DNA of 64,000 bases from the human T2T-CHM13v2.0 reference genome, Homo sapiens: the NCBI RefSeq assembly GCF_009914755.1, contig NC_060928.1; one strand, given 5' to 3'. Positions 1 through 10,647 of the stretch are shown here, piece by piece (position 1 is the first letter of the stretch; each line of letters begins with the position of its first letter). Made by a program: the position numbers and the translations under genes. Below the pieces are notes generated by a model, which saw only the letters and a program-made list of their open reading frames with translations, ran no database searches and had not been told where the DNA came from.

Positions 1-956
1 TGTCCCTACAAGGGCACAGGTGCCACCTTGAGCAGCTGTGACTATGTCTAAGGCCATCCGGTTTTGCATCACCACCTTCCTGATCTGATCAAACTCATCA
101 ATTAACAAAAGGAGGGCAGCTCAGGTGTAATTCATGGGCCCAATCTCTGTGTTCTGCAAGGGCTGTAACCTGCATTTCTACAGTGATGACACCTGTTCCA
201 GGGACAGTTATTGCTAAGGGGTAGAACCACTAGGGGCTCAATGCACTCACAAAAACTGGGAACACAGCACCTCCCAGTTATGTGTGTGACTAAGCAATGT
301 GGGAAGCACAGTGGCAGGCACAGAAGGCCACTCCCAGGTACAATGTCCAGTCTAGTTGGCTGGCAGATATGGCCATCCTATGTCCCCACAGACCTATAAA
401 CTCCCAGCAGGCACAAAGTCCATGGGGGCCCAGCCTTGGTAGGGCTGCTTGTTCCACCACATCCTTGGCATGGTGGCATGTGTTACGTTTGCACAGGTCT
501 CAGCAGGCAACCATCCCACAGTGACCTTACCCCAGTGTTGCTCTATACATCGTGGTACTTGCAATGGGGCCACCATGTTTTCTCCCATTAGCCAGCCCCA
601 TTCATCATGGATGCTATGAGTCAGCCAGGGGGCAGGCTTGCCATGGGTTTTGTGACACCCCCATCCAAAGCTCACCATGTTGCATCCCGCCCATTGTCTG
701 TGGGACCCCAAGTTTCTAGCCATGTCCAGTTCTTCACAAAAGCTGGATGCACATGCCAAGGCAAGCCATCCACAGCTGCTGCTGGAAGGGTGGTGCAGAT
801 CTAACAGTTGGAGACATTGGCCACCTCAGCATAGGTGTGAGCCCAGTCCACAATGTTGTTGGAGCATGCCAACCTGTGGCTGAAACAACAAAGCAGGCAC
901 AGGTACTAACAGGGGTAAATCACATCCTTCAGGCAGAATACAGGCTAACTTTTCAT
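1..956 (-). pseudogene. env: ERV env (gamma-type SU/TM), disrupted and truncated by the window edge
   Basis: Candidate ATG at 956 in the +1 frame over the pol end; SNC*IC at 806-795 (CWIC-like); decayed furin site at about 250-238; 120-1 reads AALLLLIDEFDQIRKVVMQNRMALDIVTAAQGGTCALVGT (immunosuppressive domain plus first Cys of CX6CC). Confidence 0.88.
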
Positions 957-3860
957 CCCTGGATAACAATGCAGCTACCAAGGGCTTCTGCCCTGGGCAA
1001 TGATACAACACGTTCTCAGCTCCCCATGGTTCTTTTGGGTCTTGTATCCATGGCAAAGTCATAGGGGAGCTTATAATAGGCCACATAGACAGTACATATG
1101 TCCCCCAGAGGAGGGTCCCTTCTCTGGTCATTCCCCTACGAATGGTTAGTTTGGAGACCACACATTAAATACCCAAGGAGCAACATGTAAGTCATACTGC
1201 AGACCCTCCCCTGAGGGGGCTACGATAGCCAACCATCTGCAATGGGGGGCTTGGAGGGTTCATGGCCAATGTCAGGTTTTCTGTTCCCCTGCCTTCAGAG
1301 GCATTGGGGCAGGCAACAATAGATTACCATTCGTCCCCATACCTGGTCAGAGGAGGTCATCCTTGGTGTGTATCTGTAGTTGGATGGGGGCAGTGGCCTG
1401 GTGTAACAGTGCCTCCACCGGGGCCGGGCCACCTTTCCATGGCCACATTTTCAAGATTTGAAGCACCAGGTCCAACCTGGAACTCCAGCCCCACAAAGAT
1501 GGGTGGGGAGGAGGGGTGGGGAACATGCAAATGTAACCCGTTCTTCAGGAGTCCATTATATTGCTCAATCATGCTAGCAGCTTGTGGGTTATAAGGAACA
1601 TGGAACCCCCATTGTATGTCCATCTGCTGTGCCCACTGTTGTACCTGCTGTCCAGTAAAATGTGTTCCACTATCACTTTCAATGGCCAAGGGATGGCCAT
1701 ATAAGTCCTGCTGTCCAGTAAAATGTGTTCCACTATCACTTTCAATGGCCAGGGGATGGCCATATAAGTCACATAAGTGTTGCAGGGCTCAAATGGTGTG
1801 TTGCTGGCCAGCCACCCTGCAAGGGTAGGTGAACAATAAGCCAATGGCCGTGTCTACAGCCATCAGTGTATACGTGTAGCCCTGCGATTTTGGCATTGGC
1901 CCAATGTAATCTCATTGCCATCTGGTCAAGGGCACCTGCCCTACTGTCACTTGTTGTGTTACATTGGGCAGTTGTCTCCATCTGGAGACATACCTCTGGA
2001 GACACATCTCGTGTAGGTGCTGACTCTAATCATCGGACCTTTGTCAAGGAGTCTGTTTCATCATTACCAGGGGTAGCCAAAGGCATATGGCTTGACACAT
2101 TCTGATTACCTGTTTCCCAGAGGTCTTGCCTCATGGTTGACCCCAAATGGGCTGATTTGGGGTCAAATAAGCCAATTCTGTAATTTCCAGGTAGTCAACC
2201 ACAAGGTTAAACCTCAATAGACTGCCCAGCTATTGGTGCAAAGTACCATAGGTGACTCCTCCCTGGTTATCACCATCCCCACCACTCTGAGTTCAGCCCT
2301 TTGGCTGCTTTGTCCACACCTAGTATCAACCCACATGGTGTTGGTGCTGGGCTGGACTGCTATAGCAGTCCAGGCAGCAGCAGCACCTTGGCTGGACCCA
2401 TCTGTATACCATGCCCCATCAGGAATGGCAGGATGCCCTTCCTTAAACTGGGATGGCTCAGGGTCTGGGGTGCCTCAGGCCCCATGGCCTTATCTTGCAT
2501 TAGGACTACCTGCTGCTAAGGACAATCTGCTGCTAAGGGATTGTACTCTGCCGCTCCAAGTAGGCACCCCACTTCTGTAAAGCGAATGTCTGTAACATTC
2601 CAGTCCAGGGGGTCATTACCCATGAACATACCCACTCCTCTATTGGGTAAGTCATCCACACGATGGCTGTAGCCCGTCCCATCATGCTCTCACAGGCCTG
2701 AAGAGTAGCATATGCAGCAGCTAATTAGTTCTCTCTTAATGAATACTGGAGCTCAGCTCCCTTCCACAGCTGGGACCAAAAGCCTACTGGTGTTCTAAAG
2801 TGCTCCATGCACTGCCATGGGCCCCAACCAAAACCATCTGTGGTTCCATGTACATCAGGTTCAAGTGGGCGCCCCTGATCAATTACTTGTGAGGTCTGTG
2901 CTTGCCAAATGGCCCACTTGTGGCCAGAAAGTCTGTTTCAGCCTCATCATCCCAATCCCTAATAGCCCCCTTTTTTTGTTAACTGGTACAACGGTTTTAT
3001 CGTTTGAGCCAAATGGGGCACAAATGCCTGTCAATACTCCAAGAGGCCCCCAAAAGTCTGCAGCTGCCTCACTGTGGTAGGTCGGAGGTATGCCTAGATC
3101 TTATCAATGATGGCCTCAGGTATGACCTTTGTCTTACCTGAGCAAATAACTCCCAAGAATTTGGCAGACAATTCCGGCCCTTGGACCTTGGATTTATTGA
3201 TGGCCCAACTGCACACTGCCAAATGCTGTCACAAGAGGGGCACCACCACTTCTAAATCTGTGAGAGAATCAGAGGTTAACATATCATCAATGTAATGAAA
3301 CAGGCAGACCCCTTTTGGGCATTTCCAGGCAGCTAAATCCATGGCAACAAGACCAGGACAAATGGTGGGGCTATGCACACAGCCCTGTGGCAGCATGGTG
3401 AAAGTCCATTGTCATCCTTCCCACGTGAAGACAAACTTCTCCTGGCTCTCTGGAGCAATGTCAATGGAGAAGACTGCATTAGCTAAGTCCACCACAAAGT
3501 GGTACTCTTCCAGTTCCATTGTCAAGCAGTCCATCAAATTCGTGATGAAGGGTACAGCTGCATGCAGAAGGGGTGTTACTTTATTCCATTCCCAATAATC
3601 CACTGTCATATCCACCAAGTCCCACTAGGCTTTCTGACTGGCCATACTGGGGAAGTGTAGGGGCTATGGGTGCCGTGCACTATTTGTACCCCCTCTAACT
3701 TCTTAATAGTTTCAGTTATCTCTGCATGTCCCCCTGGCAAACAATATTGATGAGTGGAGGTAATCCGTCGGGGTTGTGGCAGAACTTGGGCTGATGATGT
3801 GTATGTCCATGCAGCACCAGCTTTACTACCCAAACTTGGAGTCTGAATTATCTGGCCGTG
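878..3860 (-). pseudogene. pol: ERV pol (RT-RNase H-IN), disrupted
   Basis: SPYTSPVWPVRKPSGTW (3606-3833); VVDLANAVFSI...FVFTWEG (3412-3618); YIDD at 3294-3283; WYTDGSSQG at about 2412-2386; IN DYIGP at about 1910 and SDSGTHF...HVPYNPQAASMIEQYNGLLK (1357-1689). Confidence 0.92.
1644..1769. repeat. 63-bp direct tandem duplication inside integrase
   Basis: 1644-1706 and 1707-1769 are identical at 62/63 positions. Confidence 0.97.
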
Positions 3861-3875
3861 GTGTGTAAGTCCAGA

Positions 3876-4205
3876 CTATCCAAAATGTCCACCCCAAGAA
3901 AATTCAGATATAGGAGAGACATACACAGAGTATAGGTAGGGAGCCAAGGGGCCAGTGCCAAGATGCAGAGACACTGGTTTCACCTTCACTGACTGGCCCC
4001 CATAACTGTCAATGAACACAGCTTTGCCCGGAAACTTACCCAGGTTTCTATAAACTAGACTGCAATCTGCACCAGTATCTACCAGCGCTAGGACCTGCTG
4101 TACATTAGTGGGGAACCAGTGGATTGCCAACTCCGCATGTGGCCTCCCTCCACTCCCACCTCCTTCACCCCCTGCTGCCCCAAGTTGGGCACCTCGGCCA
4201 TTTCC
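3876..4205 (-). pseudogene. pro: ERV aspartic protease (disrupted at its C-terminus)
   Basis: ORF 3876-4130 contains VLALVDTGADCSLV, the retroviral DTG motif. Confidence 0.88.
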
Positions 4206-5618
4206 CTAATCAAACAAGAAAGGCTCCATATCTCCACCCAACTGCAAATAGTCCTTGAGCTCCAGCGCCTGGGCAGGATTAGATTGAACAACACTGTTTT
4301 GCCCCCTCTTGGTCATTTTCCAGAATTTTTGCTCTGGGGACAATTGACTCCACAGAGCCAAGGGCATTCCATTGGGTTGCCTGTCAATTTTCTCTCGAGC
4401 AACCCCAGCTGAAAGTAAATCAGACTGCATCTGCTTGCGAGTCACCCACTGGGGCCCCTTGTTATCTCGTGGAGTGGTTACCTGTGGAGGGGACACCTTC
4501 CCCTTCTTTATGGCATGGACTCCCCAGTCCTGCCAAAGGCCTTCTGCCTCCCCAAGGGCTGCCATAGCAGTAGTCACTTCATGTGTGTGGTACCCCACAT
4601 ATGGGGTGAGGACAGCAGCCAGGGGGCCAAAAGCATTTGGGGATGCTGAGCCCAGCAAAACATCCATTATGTGGGAGATAAAGTGTTCATTATCTGGACC
4701 CTGGGTATTAGGATCAAACATAGTCTGCCACATACCCATCTCCCAGAGTATCTGTACCAAATCAGTATATGATTGCCATTTACTCTGTTTCTGATATTTC
4801 TCCAGCATCATTCCAGACAGTCTGTATGGCCACCATCAGCCACTCAATTAAAGTGTGGTCACCTTGCCCCTGTGCTAACCACTGGCACGGCTGCAGCCAC
4901 TGATGAAGGGAGGGGTGAGTTGTGATAGAAGCCAGCTTCTCCGTCTCGGAGGCAGAGCAGGAAATGTCAGCTCCTTCATCCCAGATATGGAGTAACTGGG
5001 CAGGGAGGGGCTCCCCCAGACACTGCCGGCACTGTTTACCTAACTCTTGCAACTCATTGGGAGTTGCACTATAAGAGGTGTGTTCCACCACTGTGAGGGG
5101 TCCCTGGGCTCTTCCCCTGAGTCCCATTGGCTGCCCATATTCGACCTTCTGACGGGATCACGGGACGAGCCCACAGTGGAGGAGCCGCTTCCTCCTCAGC
5201 ATCAGACTGAACGGAAGTGTCCAGCCAGGAGGTTGTGCTGACAGGTGTTGCTAACTCCTGTTCCAGGCTGTTTATCTAGGCCTCTAAGTGCCCAGCTTGT
5301 ACCTGGAGGTCCTTCACCTCCAGGTTTTGCCCCAAGCTGTGAATTTGAGCCCCTAGCTGCTCAGCTTGTGCCTGAAGGTCCCTTACCTGCACCGTGTCCT
5401 ATAAGGACTGAGCATGTACTTCACGCAGTACAGTTGGAAAAGCCCCATTGGACTCTGCCAGCAAAGGTGCGTTCCTTCTTGGTGCTGTGTGCCTCCAGCT
5501 GCTTCAGTGCCTTCTCCACACTCACAGGAGACCCATCCACTGCCTCCCAAGTTTCCACTGGGGCCCATTCAAGCAGCACCTCTGCCACCAGGTACCACAG
5601 CCCATGCTGCAGTCACAT
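4206..5618 (-). pseudogene. gag: ERV gag (disrupted)
   Basis: ATG at 5618 then TGA and LQHGLWYLVAEVLLEWAPVETWEAVDGSP...; ORF pieces 4780-5127 and 4206-4811 (ends MEPFLFD-TAG); lies between PBS and protease. Confidence 0.8.
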
Positions 5619-5651
5619 AACCCACCTGGGAGCCTCAGGGGCTGAAGACCC

Positions 5652-5660
5652 ACTCACCTC
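5652..5660 (-). promoter_or_regulatory. Probable retroviral major splice donor
   Basis: GAG|GTGAGT directly after the PBS, a canonical position for the env mRNA donor. Confidence 0.55.
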
Positions 5661-5678
5661 ATCCTGATGACTACACCA
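5661..5678 (-). promoter_or_regulatory. Primer binding site complementary to the tRNA-Ser 3' end
   Basis: Minus strand TGGTGTAGTCATCAGGAT versus tRNA-Ser complement TGGCGTAGTCGGCAGGAT (15/18), immediately downstream of the LTR. Confidence 0.85.
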
Positions 5679-5680
5679 AT

Positions 5681-5999
5681 TATCAGGTTCAAGCCCCAGC
5701 TGAGGTCTGAGGAGAGTGGGTTGATGAGGGGCAGGGAGCTGGAAGAACACTTGGGAGACAGCAGGTAGATGAGACACGGCTTTATTCAGCAGCTCTTTCA
5801 CAGTATCAGTGTTATATTTATACACCTCACAAACAATAGTGGCTGAGAGCCAGGTGATGAGCTGCTTTATGTTATGTCTACATAGCTATGATTATATAAG
5901 GCACTGGATTGTGTGCCTGTGCTCCAATCCTGCTGAGTCATGCAGGATGTTTACCTTGGCCTGTGCCTGCCTGGCTGCAGTGTGGCCATGTTCCTCACA
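5681..5999 (-). mobile_element. 5' LTR, LTR18-like (about 319 bp)
   Basis: Begins TGTGAGGAACATGG on the minus strand at 5999; TATA-like TTATATAA at about 5892-5899; AATAAA at 5786-5781; ends 2 nt before the PBS; resembles the LTR18A consensus as I recall it. Confidence 0.8.
5934..5940. promoter_or_regulatory. AP-1 site in the LTR U3
   Basis: Perfect TGAGTCA/TGACTCA about 35 bp upstream of the TATA-like box. Confidence 0.55.
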
Positions 6000-6028
6000 G
6001 TGAAGCACAATAAAATGAGGTACGCCTG
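6000..6028 (-). mobile_element. Terminal fragment of a Tigger1 DNA transposon
   Basis: Reverse complement CAGGCGTACCTCATTTTATTGTGCTTCAC matches the Tigger1 end CAGGCATACCTCGTTTTATTGCGCTTCGC; flanked by TA (6029-6030). Confidence 0.75.
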
Positions 6029-9000
6029 TAGTTTGAAGTCAGTGTGATGCCCTCATCTTTGTTCTTTTTGCTCAAGCTTGCTTTAGTTATTAGGAGTCTT
6101 TTGTGGTTACATATGAATTTTCGGAGTGTTTTTTCTTTTTTGTGAAGAATGACATAATTTTGATAGGGATTGCATTGACTCTGTAGATGTCTTTGTGTAG
6201 TATGAACATTTTAACAATATTAAGTCTTCCAATTTATGAACAGGGAATATTTTTCCATTTAGTTGAGTCTTTAATTTCCTTCATCAGTGTTTTATAGTTT
6301 TCAGCATACAGATCTTTTACCTCCTTGGTTAAATTTACTCCTGAGTATTTTTAAATTCTGTAAATGTAGATGTAAATGTCCTTTTCTCGATTTATTTTTC
6401 AGATAGTTTGTTATTAGTGTATAAATATTCTACAGATTTTTGTATGTTGATTTTGTTACCTGCAATTTTACTGAATTTATCAATTCTGGAAGCTTTTCTG
6501 GTAGGGTCTTTAGGGTTTTCTATATATAAGATCATATCATCAGCAGAGACAATTTTACTTCTTCCTTTCCTATTTGGATGCCTTTTATTTTTTTTTTCTA
6601 GCCCAATTGCTCTGGCTATGACTTCCAGTACTATGTTAAATACAGAGTGGTGAAAATGGGCACCCTTGTCTTGTTCTTGATTTTAGAAGAAAACCCTTCA
6701 ACTTTTCACAATTGAGTATGATGTTAGCTCTGGAACTGTCATATATACCCTTTATTGTGTGGAGAAACATTCATTCTGTACCTATTTTGTTAAGAGTCTT
6801 CATCATGAAAGAATGTTAAATTTTTTCAAGTGCTTTTTCTGCGTCTACTGTGATGATCATATGATTTTTGTCATTCATTCTGTTAATATGGTGAACCACA
6901 TTTATTGAGTTGCCTATGTTGAACCCTCCTTGCATTCCAGGAATAAATCCCACTTGATCATGATGAATGATCCTTTTAACGTGCAATCGAATGTGGCTGG
7001 CCAATATTTTTTTGAGGCTTTTACCTCTATATTAATCAGGGATATTGGCCTGTAGTTTTTTCTTGTAGTGTCTTTGTCTGGTTTTTGTATTAGGGTAATG
7101 GTGGCCTTATAAAATGAGTTTGGAAGTGTTCACTCCTCTTCAATTTTGTGGAAGAGTTTGAAAGAGTGGTGTTAGTTCTTCATCAAATGCTTGGTAAAAT
7201 TCAGCGGTGAGGTCATCTGGCCCTGGACTTTTCTTTGATGGGAGACTTTTTATTCAATCTTCTTATTTTGGGGCTATTAAGATTTCCAATTTCTTCATGA
7301 TTCAATCTTGGTGAGTTATGCTTCTAGGAATTCACCCACTTTTTTCCAGGTAATCCAATTTGTTGTATGCACTTGTTCATAGTAGTCTGTCATGATGTTT
7401 TGTACCTCTGTGTTATCAGTTGCAATGTCTCTTATTTCATTTCTGATTTTATTTCAGTCTTCTTTTAACTGGTTTAGCTTAGGGTTTGTCATTTTTTAAA
7501 ATCTTTTCAAAAAAGTAACTCTTCATTTTGTTGGGTTTTTTTTCTGTTTCTTTGTTGTTGGGGGTTGTTTGTCTCTATTTTCCTTATTTCTGTTCTGGTC
7601 TTTATTAAGAAGATCTTTTATTAAAAATGTTCTTCCTTCCACTAACTTTGGGTTTAGTTTGTTCTTCTGTTGCTAGTTCCTTGAGGTATAACATTAAGTT
7701 GCTTATTTAAGATATTTCTTGTCATTTAGTGTAACAATTTATTGCCTCTTAAAACTGTTTTTGTTGCATCTCAGTAGTTTTGGAATGTTGTGTTTTCACT
7801 TTTGCTGGTCTCAAGATATTTAATTTCTTCTTTGACCCAATAGTTGTTCATGAGCATATGTTTAATTTCCACATGTTCATGAATTTATCATGATTCTTCC
7901 TCTAATTGATTTCTAGTTTCATACCATTATGGTCTGAGAAGATACTTGATATAATTTCCATCTTCTTGAATTTAAGATTTGTTTTGTAACCTAACATATT
8001 ATCTATCCTGGATAATGTTCCATGTGTACTTGAGAACAATGTATGCTGTTGCTATTGAAATGCAATGAACTACATATGTCTGTTAACCCATTTGGTCTAA
8101 AGTGTTGTTCAAGTCTAATGTTTCCTTATTGATTTTTCTGTCTGGATGATCTATTGTTAAAAGTGGGGTATTAAAATTCCCTACCATTATTGTATTGCAC
8201 TCTATTTCTCCCTTCTGATCTCTTAATGTTTGCTTTAGTTAGGGGCTCCAATTTTAGGTGCTTATATACTTACAATTATTATACTCTCTTGATGAATTGA
8301 CACCTTTAGCATTATATAATGATTTTTATCAGCTCTTTTTACAGCTTTTTGACTTAAAGTTTATTTTGTTTGATATAAGTTTAGCTACTCATGTTTTCTT
8401 TTTGTTTCCATTGGCTTGAATTATCTTTTTCCATTTATTTATTTTCAGTCTATGAGTATTCTTTAAAGTGAAGTAAGTCTTTTGTAGGCAAGATATAGTT
8501 GAGGTTTTTGGTATTTTCTTTTTTTAATCCATTCAGCCACTCTATGCCTTTTGATTGGAGAATTTAACCATTTACATTCAAAGTAATTATTGATAAGGAC
8601 TAATGTCATTTTGTTTATTGTTTTCTGATTGTTTTGTAAGTTATTTATTTTTTCTTCCTTTCTTATTTTCTCCCTTTGTGGTATGATGTATTCTGTAGCA
8701 GTATTCTTTGAAGCTTCTCCTTTTTATCTTTTATCTACTTTATAGGCTTTTGCTGTTTATAGGGTTTTGCTTTGTGGTTATCTTGAGGCTTACATAAAAC
8801 TTTGTATACTTATAACAGGCTATTTTAAGCTGATAGCAACTTAATTTTGATTGCATACACAACACTATACTCTTTTACTTCCCCTCACCCCCCATATTTT
8901 TGTTTTTGATAGCATAAATTTTTTTTATTATTTGTATTTTTTGTATGGACAGGAAATACTTATTTTTTTATTTCAGTAATTTTTGGGGAACAGGTGGTTT

Positions 9001-9385
9001 TTTGTTACATGGATGAGTCTTTTAGTGGTGATTTCTGAGATTTTGGTGTATCCATCACCCAAGTAGTATACACTATACCCAGTGTGTAGTTTTTTATTCC
9101 TCACCCTCTTCCTATCCTTCCCCCGAGCCCTCAAAGTATTAGTATTTCTTAATAAATTTTTGTAGCTGTGGTTTTACTAGGTTTGCCTTTTAGCCTTTAT
9201 ACTAGAGATATGCTTAATTTGCCCATCAACATTACAGTATTATAGTGTTTTGAATTTCACAATGTAGTTGTTTTTACTAGTGAGTTTTATACTTTCCTAT
9301 GTTTTCATGTTACTAATTAGCATCCTTTTCCTTCATCTTGAAGGAACTCCCCTTAGCATTTCTTGCAAAGCAGATTTAGTGCTGG
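6029..9385 (-). mobile_element. Old L1 (L1M class), ORF1 3' end to ORF2, heavily decayed
   Basis: ORF 6816-7004 [19 protein letters not shown]...[12 protein letters not shown] is L1 ORF2 RT; T-rich L1 antisense composition. Confidence 0.88.
8961..9137 (-). mobile_element. Short L1PB-type 3' end nested in the L1M
   Basis: TTTTGGGGAACAGGTGG...TTACATGGATGAG...AGTGGTGATTTCTGAGATTTTGGTG is typical of an antisense L1PB 3' UTR. Confidence 0.65.
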
Positions 9386-10647
9386 TCCCCATCATATCTC
9401 CATTTAATTCACCAATATGCCTTATACAAAATCCAGATGGATCCTGAAAATAACCTATTGCAAACCTAACCAAATATTTGTACTAATTTTATCACTGGGG
9501 CAAGCGTGGCTTTTTTGATAGAGCAGTGGTATACAGTTATTAACCTGGCAAATATGTTCTTTCCCAATCCCATCAAAAAGTTTGCATTCACTTGGAACTG
9601 ACTACAGCATGCTACAAATATTATATTTATAGTGTTGCCCCAGGACTAGGTTTACTTTCTTGTTCTGTTATAATCCAACATGCCCTTATAATTTCACATT
9701 GGTCCACTATATTGACGGCATCATGCTAATCTGACTGGTTGAGCAACAAGTGGCAAGTATGTTCATGACCTTAGGAAGACACATGTCCTCCAGAAAGGGT
9801 AAAATGAAAGCTATGAAGATTCAGGAGTCATCCCTATCCAGGAATTTTTTAGGAGCCAGTGGGCTGGAACATGCCAGATCATCCCCTTCAAAGGAAAGGT
9901 TAAATTATTGCATCATGCACTTCCTACCATGAAGAAGGGAGCACGATACCTGGTGGGCCTCTCAGGTTTCTGGAATAAGAGTATTCCTATCTGGGAATAC
10001 AGCTCAGTCAATATAGCCAAGTGAATGCAAGGATGTAAGCTGAGCCATGGGTATGTTCAACCACAGGTCCCAGGTAGGCCCTGTGGTTTAGGTATATTGT
10101 TTCCAAAAAGAGAAATGTTTCTACCTGAGTATATAGTAAAAGTCCTCTTAAGCTTTAGGTTATGGCAACCCCTGGGAACTTTGGATACTCATTCCACAGA
10201 ACAAGCAATCAATAAGAGTCACTATCTTGGTAGATCATCAAGGGGAAGTCAGACTACCTTTACACATGCAAAACGGCATATAGCAATACATTTGGCACCT
10301 AAGAAATTTGCTCATGCATCTCTTGATATTCCCTTGCCCAATTTTGCCTGTAAATGGACAAGTGCAGCAGTCACAGGTTGACCAGGCTAGGAGCACTTGA
10401 GTGAAATAAGCCACCAAGATCAGCAGAAGTGCTAGCTGAGGATGAGGGAAATCCACAATGGATAGCAAAGTAGGGAGATAATGGGTATCAGTTATACCCT
10501 TGAGATTAGCGCTAGCTGTATAGACTATAGTTTATCTCTCTGACTTTCCTTTTATAAGTTTACCACAGGAGAGGAGGCCCACCAGAATTCTAGAGGAGCT
10601 TCTCCAAAACTCAGATGAAGTGAATCTGAATGGAGCAAGGAGTGGAC
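9386..10647 (+). mobile_element. Ancient ERVL internal remnant (HERV16/ERV3-16-like pol), internally deleted
   Basis: Decayed RT motifs SPFNSPI (about 9397), VLPQD (about 9632) and LVHYIDGIMLI (about 9700-9730); purine tract GGAGCAAGGAGTGG before the LTR. Confidence 0.7.

Larger units (their letters stand above)
1..5999 (-). mobile_element. HERV-S / HERVL18-type (class III) endogenous retrovirus: 5' LTR plus internal region, 3' end beyond the left edge of the window
   Basis: Minus-strand order LTR, Ser-PBS, gag, protease (ALVDTGAD), RT (FHYIDD), RNase H (WYTDGS), IN (DYIGP...SDSGTHF...E) and env (CxIC, QNRMALD). Many stops and frameshifts. Confidence 0.92.

Noticed and set aside
1644-1769. 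Direct repeats as a CRISPR-like array
   Set aside because: Only two adjacent units with no spacer, inside integrase, in human DNA.
1-5999. Initial call as canonical HERV-L/MLT2A
   Set aside because: The LTR is not MLT2-like, the PBS matches tRNA-Ser rather than Leu, and an env is present, so HERV-S/LTR18 fits better.
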